From contig JALDZX010000016.1 in assembly GCA_022813865.1 (NCBI GenBank), positions 248,001 to 312,000 on the forward strand: a stretch of DNA of 64,000 bases. Direction: 5' to 3'. This stretch comes from Xylographa opegraphella (taxonomy: Eukaryota). This document shows, in pieces, positions 12,735 to 26,884 of this stretch. Each line of letters starts with the position of its first letter. Within the stretch, counting starts at the first letter, position 1. The notes under the pieces are model-generated. The model saw nothing but the letters and a program-made list of their open reading frames with translations, did not search any database and had not been told where the DNA came from. The position numbers were made by a program, and so were the translations under genes.

Positions 12735-13084
12735 ACAAGGAAGCCCGCTCGGATTGATAAGCACTTTCTCCATAACTTCACAAGCCCCCTTTCACCCTGT
12801 TCGGGGGCGATACTATTGCGTGACGGAGCTTCATGTTCTATGGCTGGAGCTCTTTCGCGGTCTGGAGACTAGTAATCTAGTTGTCGATAGATGCTGAACT
12901 TTGTGGGCCGGTGAGGCCAAGTTCTCCGGCCAGGGATGTGGAGGAATGCGGAATGGGTAGAAGGGCGCTCATGGAGTATGGCCACTGCAAGATACAGTTT
13001 ACGTTACAGGTTCACGAACAGGGAAGCCCAGAAATGCTCATGGTTCCCTGCAGTGATCGTTCCGCATGCACCAACTCCCAGCAC

Positions 13085-16000
13085 CTAAAGATCCGTCTCA
13101 AAATCCAGCCGCTGCTCGCGCTCCCACAGCCGATTCGCAGCCGCGATAATAATCCCAGCCTTGCCCTCCAACTTCTCTAGATACCTCACCTCCTCCTCAC
13201 CATTGATCTTCGACCTCTTCGGCTGCGCCAAGATCAGCACGGGCACGAGGTCCTTACTCTCCGCCGTCGCAACCGCTCTGATGCTCTTGAACCCATTCTC
13301 CCAGAAAGCGCGAGCCATGCGACTCTTGACGAAGGGGATCTGCGCGAGCTCCAGCAGGTCCGATTTCGCGCCCGCTTTCAACCGGTCGCTCATGTGTTCG
13401 AGCACGGACCGCAGCATGCCCCAGCCCATGCGTTCGCAGAATTTGATCATACCTGCGGCAAAGCCTTCGGAGGTTTGCGCGAGCGTTTGCACGAAGCCCC
13501 GCGCTGTCTCGTACTTCCGGGCTACGACGTAGACCGGAACCTCGTTGCAAAGGTCTCGTAGTTGGAATGCCGCGTAAAAGCGTCGGTAGATCCGTGCCGT
13601 GTCCTTTTCTTGCTGCGAACGTTCCGGGAGCTGCTTCCCACTGTTTGCCCTAATGAACGTCAGACCGCATAATGAAAGAAAAAGAAATTCTAACGATCGC
13701 TTACATCCTGTTCACGAAGCCAGGATCAACACCGCAGAACTGGAGGACTCGTAAGCCACTTTTGTCCAGACCGTCGACCTCTTTTCTGAACATTTGCCAG
13801 TTGATGTCACCCAGACCTGTGGAATGAACCGGCGTGAACATATAGAAGACATGCATATCTCCATCTAAGACGAAATTCTTAAGTGCTCGTTGGAACTCTG
13901 CATTCACAAAGATGCCGTCCTCCGGTGTAAGGGAAGATGCAACAATAGCCTGGCCCAGCTTGGTTACCCTGTAGGTCCCATCCTCGTCTAAGAGAACGAG
14001 TTGTGAATCAAGTAGGTCTTTTATGGTTGTCTGTACCATATCATTGAGGGCTTCGCGATCCATCGTATGATAAACCAGAGTCCGTCGGATATATTCCTGC
14101 ACAGCGTCCGGGTGAGTTGCAAGCCGAACAGCGATGACTTCAAGGAGAGCCCTACTAAAATGAGTAAATAACAGAAGTAGCACACAAATGGTAATACCTC
14201 TTGATGCCTCGCTTTTCCGGCGTCAAGCAGCTCTCTACCCCTGGTAGCTCGGCTTCGAGCAATTGTCCAACTTCTTCAAGGTCTTGCTTCTCACAGCAGA
14301 CATAGCTTTCTCCAAGCTCGTCCTTGCCTTTTCGGCCAGCTCTACCTCTCATCTGCCGCCTATAATAGATTAGTGCGGTGTAACGTATAAGATAGAACTA
14401 TACCTACAGCATTGCTGGTGCCACAAGGTCTCTGCCCATTCTGGCTCCTTGGAGAATGACACGTCTTGCCGGTAAATTGATCCCAGCAGCAAGGCTACAC
14501 GTGGCCACAATGACTTTGAGGACCCCATTGTCATAAGCTTCAGCAATTATATTCCTTTCCTCTGTCGTAAGTCCGGCATCTACATATATCAGCATTGAGT
14601 ATAATATACAGAGGCAAGTCCATTATACGTACGGTGGAAGGCGACTCCTCGAATGATGGTTCTTTCTAGTACTTCGTCTAGACCCACGGGTAGGCTCCTC
14701 AGGTTACTCAACACTTCTCTCCTAGAGTTCATGTCGTTTTCACTGCAATCCTGAGCTGGCAGCATCGCTTGAGAAATAAGGTTTGCTGTGCTCTGGCATG
14801 ACGCTCGACTAGCACAAAATACTAGAACAGCATATCCGGCTCCTACTGTCTCCAATGCTAGAGCCAAAACTGTATTAGTCATAGGCTTCGCCAGTTCCAT
14901 ATGTTGCGATTGTTGCACAACCCGATGTGGAGTTTGCATTGCCTTTGTTCCAGTAGTTTTGAGCTGGCTTGCGGTCTTGAGGAATGCACCAGATGTCGAG
15001 ACGGAATAAACGTCGTTGTCGTAGACAAGATATTCCTCGATCGGGACCGGTTTATATGCTGATTGAAAGAACTTTGCGCCGAGCCATTTTGCAAGTGTTT
15101 CAGTGTTCTGTCTCAATGCTTTAGTACGAGAATGGCAATATTCGATTTATACTGACCGACAATGTAGCACTCATGCCTACCAACTGCGTTGCTTGCTCTA
15201 TGCTGAGAAGCTTTGTAGCCATCAGCTCCATAAGATAACCACGATGATCGTCGTCGATCATATGAAGTTCATCCAGAACAACAATTCCAAGATCATTTAT
15301 AGTGCAGCCCTCGATTGCCGTATTGACAAGGGTATTTGCCTGATAAACTTAGTCCCATTAGGGTTTTACTTGTGGAAGATGCCGGACCTTACCTTTTCGA
15401 TAGTACAAACTGCGATGTCGACATCCGCCCAGTCTTCACGAGCCTTACTGCCCCCGAAGAAGCCAGCGACACGTATGAACTGATGAGCCGAGGACCTAGG
15501 AAGTTGCCGGGGCTCATTAGAGCTCGGGTGCTGGGTGTCGTGTTGTTTCTCGACGCCTTCCACAACTCGTCTGAGCCATTTAAGCTTCTCCTGTACTAAA
15601 GCCACATAGGGTAACATTAAAATTGCCTTCTTGTTTTCCAGCACTCTCTTCAGCATCAACACATCTGCTACGAGCGATTTGCCACCACCTGTTGGAGCCG
15701 TATAAACGAGATTTTTCTCACCTGACAAAAGACCTCGACCTAGCAAGCAAGAAGACTGCCATGGATAGATGCTGTTGATACCTAGAGACGCAAAATTCTG
15801 CACCAATCTTTCCGGAAGACCATAGCAGGAGTGCTTTAGAGACAACAACGGGTTTTGAGAAGCAGCAGGAGTCGACGCAGCCAGCTTCCGTTGAGTATAT
15901 ATTGTCGGCCCAGCTGATGGAATGTTGCTAACATTGCGGATGTCACTCGCCTTGAGGCGACTGTAGTTTGACGACTTGTCCAGACATGGCCGTTTGAAGC

Positions 16001-16160
16001 CGTGACCAACATTGTTGGAAATTTCTCCCAGGACCTTTTGGTTCTTGTGATCATTTGGCAAGGAATTGTCAAAATCATGGGCCCGTTTAGCGCCCGACAC
16101 TGCTGGCACGCTATATCTTTGCTGTTTCAATAGGTCAACAGTGGTCGGGATCTTCTGCAT
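13085..16160 (-). CDS. Ski2-like SF2 DNA helicase, HELQ/Hel308/Pol-theta helicase-like (no polymerase domain)
   Basis: IYPWQ Q-motif; Walker A APTGGGKS; VVLDELHM; GMSATL; GVAFHHAGLT (spliced); ATCSLAAGINLPARRVI; QMRGRAGRKG; C-terminal helix-hairpin-helix region LLELAQIPFVKSRMARAF. Multi-exon. Confidence 0.9.
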
Positions 16161-17224
16161 CTTGCAGACCGGGCGAATGACCTGCAGCAAACAAAGCTTC
16201 CGCAATCAGCATAGAAGAGATGGTGATCTTGCGAACATAAAGGCGGCATGCACGTGCTACAGTGGTGCTGGCAAAGGCGCAGTCATGTTGAAAGCGAAGT
16301 ACGTAAAAGTAAACAAGGCGAGGCCAAGGCAAGGCTACGGCTGGAAAAGGCATGGCGCCGTTCCCGGCGATACTTAGTTCCTGACGCCAATGCCCCAAAA
16401 GGCCAGCTCCGACGGCAATGGAGCCACGCATTCTTGCCCTTTGATGCTGCATCTCATGCTTATACGTAGAATGAACCCGAGGGACTGCTGCACGTCTGCC
16501 TGACGAAGATATCCATAGTATTTTCGGATTAATCGACTCCCTCACCCATTTGTGCAGCGGCTCTGGATCGAGCTGACAGGGGCTCGACGCTGACGAGGTT
16601 AATGTGCGGTAGAGTGACACATGGAGGCTTTTATCGAAGGGAGTCTTTCAACAGAGACTGGTAAATTGTGAATGGGCATGACGCATCTCATCAATAGCAA
16701 AACGCGAAGCCTATTTAGAGCTGCAACAGCGGATCGCGCCGCTCAAGTTGTTGGGTATCCTATTGTTGCAAGTCGAACAATAGTGGCGCGAATAGAACTT
16801 TAGAACTTTAAGGTACGGTAGGAAGAATAATCCCGGCAGCATAGTAACTAAAGACCCTTCCGCTTCCATGCCATCTACCCTCCTTCCTCTCCTCCGTCCA
16901 CCCACACTCTTTGTCGCAGCTACACCCTTGGCTTTTCAGAAATCCCTTGCCTTGTCCCATTGCTTTGCCATCTGCTGAACAAATCATTCTTCTGTTGCGC
17001 AAGTGCCCGCCGCTCCTTCGGTAATCTCTCCGGTTTTGGATTGCATGCCCCATTTGGTCGCTGCAGGACGAAACCTCACCAGACGCTGGCTCATCGTCGT
17101 CAGTGTCGAGGAAGCCTCACTTCACCGCCGACCGTATCCAATAGCTACCGCTTGTAGCATGCGGTCACGAGAAAATATCGTATCATCTGTATTGTCCGCC
17201 TACTGGGGCCTGATTGGCTAGAGG

Positions 17225-20200
17225 ATGGAGGAGCCGCCGCAGCGAGATGGCAGTCCTGCCGTGATAGGTCAAGATGCTGAAGGTAATGGGCAGAATCCTA
17301 GCCATGAAGAGCCAGAGACAACTAAGTCGAGTCTAATGGTAACTCGCGCTACCAACAATACCTCTGACCGCGCCGAGACCTCCACTGCACCTCAGGATCC
17401 ATTGCCCAAACCGTCACGACAACCGACTGCTGCCTCGTCTCCAAATCCTGCCTCGGGTCTCAACGTTCCGGCCTCGGAGTCGCAACCTATGACAGCCGTA
17501 TCATCTACCTCATCATCGGTTCCCACGATGCAGGCTTCAAGTAACAACGACGCGGGCGGGCCGTCGCCTTACGGCACAAGATCGCGAAATCGTGCTGGGA
17601 CAAATCGGATAAACTACGCAGAGGATCGTGAGATGGACAACGAATACGAGTGGTCCTCTACTAAAAAGGTCTCCCAAAATGCTTCGACTACCCCAAGTTC
17701 TGCACAAGCGTCAGAAACCGACAAAACTTCCTCGTCCGCCAGGCGGCGGTCGCTTCAAGGTGCAGCTCCTTCGACCTCGACCAGGTCGAATGGCCCCGTT
17801 GCCGCTGCATCAAAGGACCACATCCCTGGAATGTCGAGCTTTTCTGTCAACTCCGACACCAACGGAGCATCTCACCCCCAATCGAAGAAGCGTAAGGCCC
17901 CTGGGGCTCATGCTACGAATTCACAACCATCGCCACAAAACTCGGCCTCCACATCGACCAGGCTGGCACACCATGCGCCACCCGCTTCTGGGACAATCAG
18001 AGAGACAAATATGCTCACTTTCGAGACGTCGCAGGGATATCTGAAGCATGGCAAATTAGTTGCCGACGACGGAACGCGGTTGGGCATCAATGGTAAGGAC
18101 CACTATTATTGGAGATTTTCTACTTGGAGATCTCAATTGTCAATCTCTTTTGACGGAAGAAAAGATGTTGCTAACTGGGCTCACAGATTATGTCTATCTG
18201 GTCTGCGAACCTCCAGGGGAGCCCTATTACATTGCTCGTATAATGGAGTTTCTACACTTCGAGAATGACACAAATATGCCCATTGAGACCCTACGCATAA
18301 ATTGGGTATATCGTCCGCGAGACATTGGCCGGAAGGTCAATGATACCCGCCTGGTCTATGCCTCCATGCACTCAGACACCTGTCCACGTCAGTCACTGCG
18401 AGGAAAATGCCAGGTACAACATAGGGACAAGATCGCCTCAATGGAGGATTACCGGAAAATGAAAAATTGCTTCTACTTCTCACAGATGTTCGATCGTTAC
18501 ATGCGCCGATACTACGATGTAATACCCACAAATCAGGTCATCAATGTGCCGGAACGTGTGAAGAAAGTACTCGACGAGCGATGGACTTATGTGATTGTTG
18601 AGACTGGGCGTGGCAAGGAACTAACCGGCGCCATCAAGTCCTGTAAGCGATGCTCAGGGTATTGTGCAAGGTCAGTTTTACGCCACGATCCGAAATGAAA
18701 AGTTTATCTAATCGTTGGAAAAGTAATGACTCTGTCGACTGTGCAATGTGTAAGAACACATACCATATGAATTGTGTTAGGCCACCTTTACTGAAAAAGC
18801 CGGCGAGAGGTTTTGCTTGGTCTTGTGGTCCTTGCAGTCGTAGGCAAGAGCGGAAGCTAGAAGCACGAAATACACCATTGGTAGGTGAACGAGCCCTGGA
18901 TGGCGAGGAAGAAGAGTACATAGATGAAGACGAAGAGGAACATGCCGCAGTCTCAAATCAAACGACTGGCAGTAGCCCCGAGAACGCTGGAGCCGAGAGC
19001 GGCTTGCGTCCCGCTACCACAGAGCAGTTGGCACAGGCCAAGCTCTGGCCCTACAGGTACCTAGGAATCCACTGCAAGGTTGAAGATGCGCTTGATTACG
19101 ATGACCGAATATACCCGCGTGCTATATCGCGTCTCGGTCCACGACATCAAGCAAACGTGATCAATTGGCATGGTCGACCTATAGAGTACGTTAAGCCTGC
19201 CGATATCAAAAAGAAGTACATGAAAGGCAGCAGTCACAAGAAAGATGCAAAATTATCCAAAGACACAGTTTCAGCTCTCGAAGCAGAGAAGCTGTCAAGG
19301 GAGAAGAGGCCGAAGTGGGTACTTGATGAGCCTCCTGGATTTGTACATCGTGGAGAGGATCATCCCAATGGTGATCCCGCGAATACGGCTAGAACTTGCT
19401 TTCGGATTCCTGAGGTGGGCGAAAAGTCATCTCGAGGTCAGGACCACAATGACATCCAGCAAAATGAGCAAGTGATAGACGAATATATGAATCGAGCGAG
19501 AAAGTTTGCCCCTTCGCTAGGACTACCTGAGTATTCAACGAATTTCTTAGACAAAGCTTTACAATATCTGTACAACAATAATCTTGATGCTGAAGCGGCA
19601 TTTAAACAGCTTCAAGCTGTTGACCTCCGAAAAGACCTCAAAGAACCCAAGCTTAACAAAGAAGAAGTGAAACGATTCGAAGATGGGGTGTCGAAATATG
19701 GAACGAATCTTCATGAAGTTACTAGACATGTCGGAAAACCTCAAAAGCACGGTGATATTGTTCGATTTTACTACATGTGGAAAAAGACGGAGCGTGGAAA
19801 GCAGATCTGGGGTAATTTCGAGGGACGAAAGAATAAGAAACCGACAAAGCAGGTCGAGGGGGCACTCGTTGATGATGTTGCAGATGATGTTGATGATTCT
19901 GCGTTTGACAATGACAAAGCTGTGGTCCGCAAGCGAGGGTTCGAGTGTAAATTCTGCTCTACAAGGCATTCACGATATTGGAGACGTGCGCCTGCAACTG
20001 CCCCCGGCACCACGGTACTTGCTGATCCTGTTACTAAAGGTGGCAAAGACAAAGGCGTACATCTCATGGTTGCGCTATGCCATCGATGCGCTGGACTCTG
20101 GAGGAGGTACGCAATCCAATGGGAGAATATCGATGAAGTCGCGAAGAAAGTCGCTCAGGCAGGCGGTAGAGCCTGGAAGCGCAAAATGGATGAAGAACTC

Positions 20201-22669
20201 CTCATTGAGCTTATCAACGCGAATGAAGCAAGCTCGGTGGGTATGAGCAGTACTGCTGTCGCCGCTGCTGCCTCCGTGGGCATCGACATTCCTTCCTCAT
20301 TAACCATCCAACCAGAGCAAGAAGCGGCTCGTAAGAAGTTGAAGATGGGCATGGATAAAGAGCTTGCCCCACAACCACTTATGGCACAGCCAGTCGAAGT
20401 TCCCAGAAAGAAGGTTGTTGAGAAACCTCCAGAGCCTCCTCTTGCTCCTGATCATCCCAAAATCAAGATCCTTCCCTGTTTCGTATGCAATCAGATGGAA
20501 CCCTCCGGAGAAGAGCATTTTACTTGTCGTCATTGCAGGTTAACCGTACACCGCAACTGCTATGGCATTCCAGCAGGCCGGTCACCCAACAAGTGGACTT
20601 GTGACATGTGTGTCAATGATTCGAGCTGTCAGCTATCGACATCGTATGAATGTGTTCTATGTCCTGTTCGGTACAATGAGTATGAACTCATGGAGCCACC
20701 AAAAGCTTCCCACAAGAAGAAATCGGATCGAGAGCGTGAAAAAGAGCGACTCGAGAAAGAACTAACTATCGACGCCATCGACCATTACAACCGCAAGCAG
20801 AACGAAGGGGGCCGACCCCTGAATCCTCGAGAACCACTCAAGAGAACGTCCGGGAACAACTGGGTCCACGTCGTCTGCGCGGTTTGGACGTCTTATATCA
20901 AGTTTGGAAGTGCAGAGCTCTTAGAACCAGCTGAAGGAATCGGCTCAATACCGCAATCCAGGTACGGTCAAGTCTGCAAGCTTTGTAAAACTACTGTAGG
21001 AGTCTGTACCACTTGTCACAAGTGCTCCGCCACGTTCCACGTTAGTTGTGCTCAACATAATGGACTGTCTCTGGGATTCGACGTTACACCTGTGAAGAGC
21101 TCGCGCAAGGATGTCATCAATACCATTACTCTCGGGAATGAAACTGGCAATGTTGAAGCTGTAATTTATTGCAAGGATCACGCGGTCAAGGCAATCCTAC
21201 ATCCAATGTCCGAGTCCATTGAAGGGTCTACCAACAACGCACTGCAGCAATTTGTGCGGAATTTCAAACAAGCCGATCTTTCTTTGACCGGAACGGTCCG
21301 TAAGGCAGCTATCATCAGCTCGTTTATGAGGTCCAGTCCTCAAGGGACTTCTACCAACGGTCATAGGTCGTCTATATCCCACATTCCCAATATTGGCGTC
21401 AGCAACTCCCCAGCGATAACGGTCACAAGAAGCTCAAGGGTCTCACCGACTGCAGTAACAGTTAAATCAGAAGAATTCGACGAAGATGGAGACCGAGTGG
21501 TCCACCTGAACGAATTGATAAATATTGAGCCTTTTGCAAAGGAGTGTGCCTCTTGTGGTACCGACGTCAGCCCCAAATGGCATGACAAGGGCACAAACGA
21601 AATACCTAACTCCGACGGCTATAGGTCTGAAGCAGATGCTGCTGAAAGTTGCCCAGAACAGCAGAACTCGGAAATCAATGGCATGGCCGACAAGGTCAAT
21701 ATCAATGAGAACAATAGTGTTAGCTCCGGCAGGAACATTGCGGCAGATGTTACGAGCTTACCCAATGGACAGGTGCCGCATAGACGCGAGCTGCTAGGCA
21801 CTGAGGGACAGACGGGGATGCCTAGGATTTCGCCTCGCGCGTCGCTGATCGCAACCATTCCGTCCACAGATCCCGTGGAGGTTACTCCAGAATATCTGTG
21901 TCACCGATGTCACCTGAAGAAACTAAAGGAACCCGCGCCGTCGCCGATAGCGAAACTTCGAGACCCGTCCGTGGAGCGGGCTGCCCCTCCACTTCCCGAC
22001 GATATTCAGATCGTGGAACCACGTGCTCCGTCGCCACCTCCGTGGGTACCAGTCTCTGCCATTCGTCCGATACATCCGGAATCATGGCCAGCCCAGCCGC
22101 CTCCACCGTCTGGTGGGATGATGCGACTTACCAACGGCGTGAACCACTCGCCGCCACAGCATATGATCGCTCAAGCCCAGCCACCATATGCACCACCGCC
22201 TCAAGCGCATTACCATCTGAACGGGTACGACCATCGTGACCAGCACCTTGGACCACCGATGCCGCACCCAGTGAACGGCGGCCCACCGCTTTACCAAGGA
22301 CCGCGAGCAATTCCGGGGCCGATGCAGCATTCGCCGTATCCTCCTCAGGCACACAATCACGAATCAGCTCCGTATGCGCGACCCATGCCCAACGGGACTC
22401 GATCGCCACCGATCCACTACCGCGTCGCCCAAGCCCCTCCGGGGCCGCCTCGAGCAGCGGAGAATCCGTTCGAGATGCCTCACACGGCCCGCGCCTCTCC
22501 TCGGCAGCATTATTACGGGCCGCACGGCGGCCCACGGGTACGCGGACATGACGAGCGGCCCGAAACGCCGACAGAGGGAGAGCGGCGGAACGCGGGCTGG
22601 GGGCCGAGCGACGGACCGATGACGAACGGGGCCAGTGCCAGTCCTTCGCTGCGCAATTTACTCCATTGA
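17225..22669 (+). CDS. SNT2: BAH/PHD/SANT chromatin protein, Snt2-type E3 ubiquitin ligase
   Basis: BAH domain (DYVYLVCEPPGEPYYIARIMEF..RINWVYRPRDI), PHD (CAMCKNTYHMNCVRPPL..WSCGPC), ELM2/SANT-like region (SRLGPRHQA; VRFYYMWKKT), second PHD and extended PHD (WVHVVCAVW..FHVSCA..YCKDH). Two introns near 18093-18186 and 18671-18723. Confidence 0.92.
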
Positions 22670-24144
22670 GAGGGCACGGGTGGAGGGCTTTCACCGGCGT
22701 TTTGGCTTCGGGAGCGTGGTTCGCGAAGGACGGGAGTTCCCGCTCGAGCTAGCCGCATCCAGGTAGATAGATGGGTCTTGGGGGGGAGGGGGGCGGCAAG
22801 GGCGGTAAGATTGGGAGAAAGTAGTCGATATGACGGATTACGTTATGTAAGATACTATTAGTGCCATATGAATGAAATGAAGGGGGTGACGGATCAAGAT
22901 GCATATGAACCCCGTGGCCAAGAGTGATCCCAGCCGCTGTTCTGGGGCCTGGGTAATGAGTACCGAGCGCCTTTTTCCTTTTTCCTATTTTCCCCCACGA
23001 GGAAGCTGAACACATGCATCTGGAGGTCCTACCTAATCATGCAAGCTTTCCGAAGCATCAGAATGCCCCCGTGGGGCCCGTGGGAATTCGCATGACCAGC
23101 TGCCGCATCCTGTCCGCATATAGATCGACCTGCGCAGCCACGGGCATTGAACCTAATTGATCCATGCTGCATCGATCGAGACCCAGGAGCATTACCAAGC
23201 ATTGGAGCAGGACCCGTCGTCTTGGCCCAATCAGGTCGACCTCTACGCGATGGGTGACAGCAGAGGAGGTGGGACGGGTCACGAACTCCCTGCTGTTTGT
23301 GGACGATTATCTCCGTACGGAGTGTGTTCGAAACACGCCTTCGACGAGGTCAGGAGGGAGGCCGGTTTGCTCCCCATGCTACCGTAGCCTCGGCAGAAGC
23401 TTCCTCCAAGTTGGTACCTTCTGCTGAGCTGCCTCTCCAGGGCCAATCAGCGCTCTCGAGCTCACGTCACCACGCACCTCCCGCTCCGAGCTTCCGAGCT
23501 TGCACCGATCGGACCTAGTCTCCCAGTTCGCCAGATCACGCAATATCGTGGCCAAAGAACATGATTGTCGAATTCTGACCCTACGACACCGCAATTGAAG
23601 CACGCCACGAAGGTCAAGGGCAGGAGAAAGGCTATGAGGCATCAATTGGCTCCAATGCTGAAATTTCACGCCCACCCTCGTCTGGGACCCCGATCCAATC
23701 ATGGAGCTCTTCCACTGCACCTACCGGACGCCTCGCCTCGCGCTTTCCTGTAGGCCGAAGCACGTGGTGGTCGGATGGTCTTGATGATCAGGCATTGACT
23801 ATTGTACGATTCCTCTGCTGTACCCGCTGTTTGTCCTCTCCAGTGCCAGAGCTTTGCTGGCTCGCGGCAAACACATGACTGGTTCCATGCCCCCTACCTG
23901 GTCAGAAGTTTATTTAAGAAGAATCTCTCAACCCCCCCTACCCCGGCTCTTGGCCTCGTCAGATCAACAGGTTAAGGCTTTGCCAGCCTCAATAATACTT
24001 CGCCATCTCCTGCCCTTCTTCTAAAGTCGCCGTGATTGTCGCTCTGCTTTTTCTGCGCGCCTCCGAAGGTCCGCTGAGGGCCTTGGCACGGACGGTCTGG
24101 AGCGAATTGTCGCTCGACTGCTGAAGAGCGAGGAATAGCGAACC

Positions 24145-26884
24145 ATGGCAGCTCGCCAAGAGGGCATGCAGACTAAACTTGGGCACGGATTGGCAAAGGT
24201 TCTAGGAATCAAGCTGCATTATCGTGAGCCCTCTGGCAAGGAGAAATTGACTCGCGGCGAATCCGTTTTCTCCGTGTCCAGTGCAGATACCTACGTGGAA
24301 GAGGAGCCCACCGTCGGCGAGTGGCTGCGTGAAATCACCCCCACGAGTCGCCAGTGTTTGCTCTACTTCTGGAATCTGTTTCCTTTCCTCCACTGGATTG
24401 GGCGATACAATGCTCAATGGCTATTCGGTGATCTGGTTGCGGGTGAGTCATCCTTGGCTCATATCAGGCAGTGCAATGTTGACCCGAAGATGTCAAGGTA
24501 TCACTGTTGGCGCTGTGGTGGTGCCGCAGGGCATGGCCTATGCAACTTTGGCCGGTCTGCCCCCTCAATTCGGCCTTTATTCGTCCTTTATGGGTGTCTT
24601 GGTGTACTGGTTGTTCGCGACGTCGAAAGACATCACCATCGGGGTGAGTGGCTTACGTCCGCTTGTCGGATGTAACGTATAGCTTATGATCTCTAGCCTG
24701 TCGCGGTCATGTCAACGATCACAGGCAACATCCTGGCCAATATAGCTATCACCAATCCTGATCTCCCCGGTCACGTTGTCGCTTCCGCGCTCTCTCTTGT
24801 ATGCGGTGCCATCATTTGCTTCTTTGGCTTGATACGTGCTGGGTGGATCGTGGACTTCATCCCCTTAGCCGCGATTGCTGCGTACATGACCGGCTCGGCA
24901 CTTAACATTGCATGTGGTCAAATCCCTACCATGTTGGGCCAGAGCGGTTTTTCAACAAGAGACTCCACCTACCTCGTCATCATACACACACTGCAGTACC
25001 TCCCCAAGTGTAAGATTGACGCAGCAATGGGACTGACGGCTTTATTTTTGCTTTATGTTATCCGAAGCGCTTGCAAACATGGAGCCCGAAGGTATCCGAG
25101 CAAAAAGAAGTGGTTCTTCTTCGCACAAACATTGCGTACGGTCTTTGTACTCTTGCTCTACACCCTGATCAGCTGGTTGGTGAACAGAAATCACCGAGCC
25201 AAGCCAATCTTCAAGATTCTGGGCACGGTCCCAAGAGGTATTGAAATCGTCATCTAGAACTGCCGAGTGAGCTAATATGGTATCCAGGTTTCCAATATGC
25301 CGCGGTACCCGTTTTGAATAAGACTATTATTAGCAGTTTTGCAGGCCAGATTCCGGCATCTGTCATCGTTCTGCTCATCGAGCATATAGCCATCGCGAAA
25401 TCATTCGGCCGCGTGAACAACTATTCAATCAACCCATCACAAGAGCTTGTGGGTATCGGCATCACCAACATTCTTGGTCCATTTCTCGGGGCTTATCCAG
25501 CCACCGGATCATTTTCAAGGACGGCCATCAACTCAAAGGCTGGTGTTCGAACGCCGCTGGCTGGAGTGATTACCGCCCTTGTTGTTTTGCTGGCTATCTA
25601 CGCCTTGACTGCGGTCTTCTTCTACATCCCTAGTGCGAGTCTCTCCGCCGTCATCATCCATGCCGTTTTTGATCTGATCACCTCACCCAACACTCTGTAT
25701 CAATTCTGGAGAGTCTCGCCGTTAGAAGTGATCATCTTCTTTGCGGGCGTCCTTGTTACGGTCTTTTCGAGCATTGAGAACGGAATCTACACAACCATCA
25801 TTGTCTCCGTTGCCGTGCTCCTCTTTCGCGTGGTGAAGGCCAAAGGTAGGTTCCTTGGCAGGGTCAAGGTCCACTCAGTCGTTGGCGACCGTCTTGTGAA
25901 CAATGACGGTCAGGTTGGAGACGGGTACGGCGCAATGTCAAACAAGCACGACAGCTCGTTACGTAACATCTTCCTGCCCATCGAACATAACGATGGGTCC
26001 AATCCACAGGTCGATGTGGAATCGCCTTACCCCGGTATCTACATCTTCAGGTTCTCGGAAGGCTACAACTATCCCAACGCCAATCACTACCTCGATTACA
26101 TGGTCGCCACCATCTTCGCCGAAACCCGCCGCACCAATCCGGATAACTACCCTAGGATCGGTGTAAGGCCTTGAAGCACAGTCCTCTCCCTCATATTCTC
26201 TACTGACACACCTTTCAGGACCGCCCCTGGAATGACCCAGGCCCACGACGGGGCCAGCCAGCAGCCGACCACTCCGACCGCCCTACGCTCAAAGCCATCA
26301 TCCTCGACTTCTCCTCTGTCAACAACGTGGACATCACCTCCGTGCAGCACCTTGTCGACGTCCGTAACCAACTCGACTTCTACACTGCTCCTAACCGCGT
26401 CGACTGGCACATGGCCTGCATCAACAACCGCTGGACCAAGCGAGCGCTGGCCTCTGCCGGCTTCGGCTTCCCTTCGCCTGACGATCTCGCCCTCACGCGG
26501 TGGAAAGCCATCTTCTCTGTCGCCGAGATCGGCGGCTCCACCTCCGCGGCTGCCGTGGCCGAAAGCCGGGACATTGAACGCGACCTGAGGCGCCGGCTGA
26601 CGGAGGCGGACGTCGAGGCGGCGCGCAGCGAGCGGAGAGCGGGCGGCGATGGGATCAGCCGGCAACCCGAATCTCGGGGCGAGAGCAGCGAAAGCGGCGA
26701 GTTCGCCAAAGATCTCGGCAGCGCCAAGGCGTACGCGGGACAGGCGGCCAAGGTGGCGGTCGTGCACGGACTGAACCGTCCGCTGTTCCACATCGACCTG
26801 ACGAGTGCGTTGCAGAGCGCCATCGCGAACGTCGAGCGGAGAGGCGAGCTGGAGGCAAAGGGCGTGGGCACGGGGCCAGCGTAG
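24145..26884 (+). CDS. SulP/SLC26 sulfate permease with C-terminal STAS domain
   Basis: GDLVAGITVGAVVVPQGMAYA..LPPQFGLYSSF..FATSKDITIGPVAVMS; EHIAIAKSFG; YPATGSFSRTAINSKAGVRTP; STAS region IYIFRFSEGYNYPNA..IILDFSSVNNVD..PLFHIDL. Similar to the Sul1/Sul2/SB/CYS-14 family. Confidence 0.95.

Noticed and set aside
13085..16160. 'Polymerase theta' lacking its polymerase domain as a novelty or truncation
   Set aside because: Helicase-only HELQ/Hel308-like proteins are a known architecture, and the gene ends cleanly.
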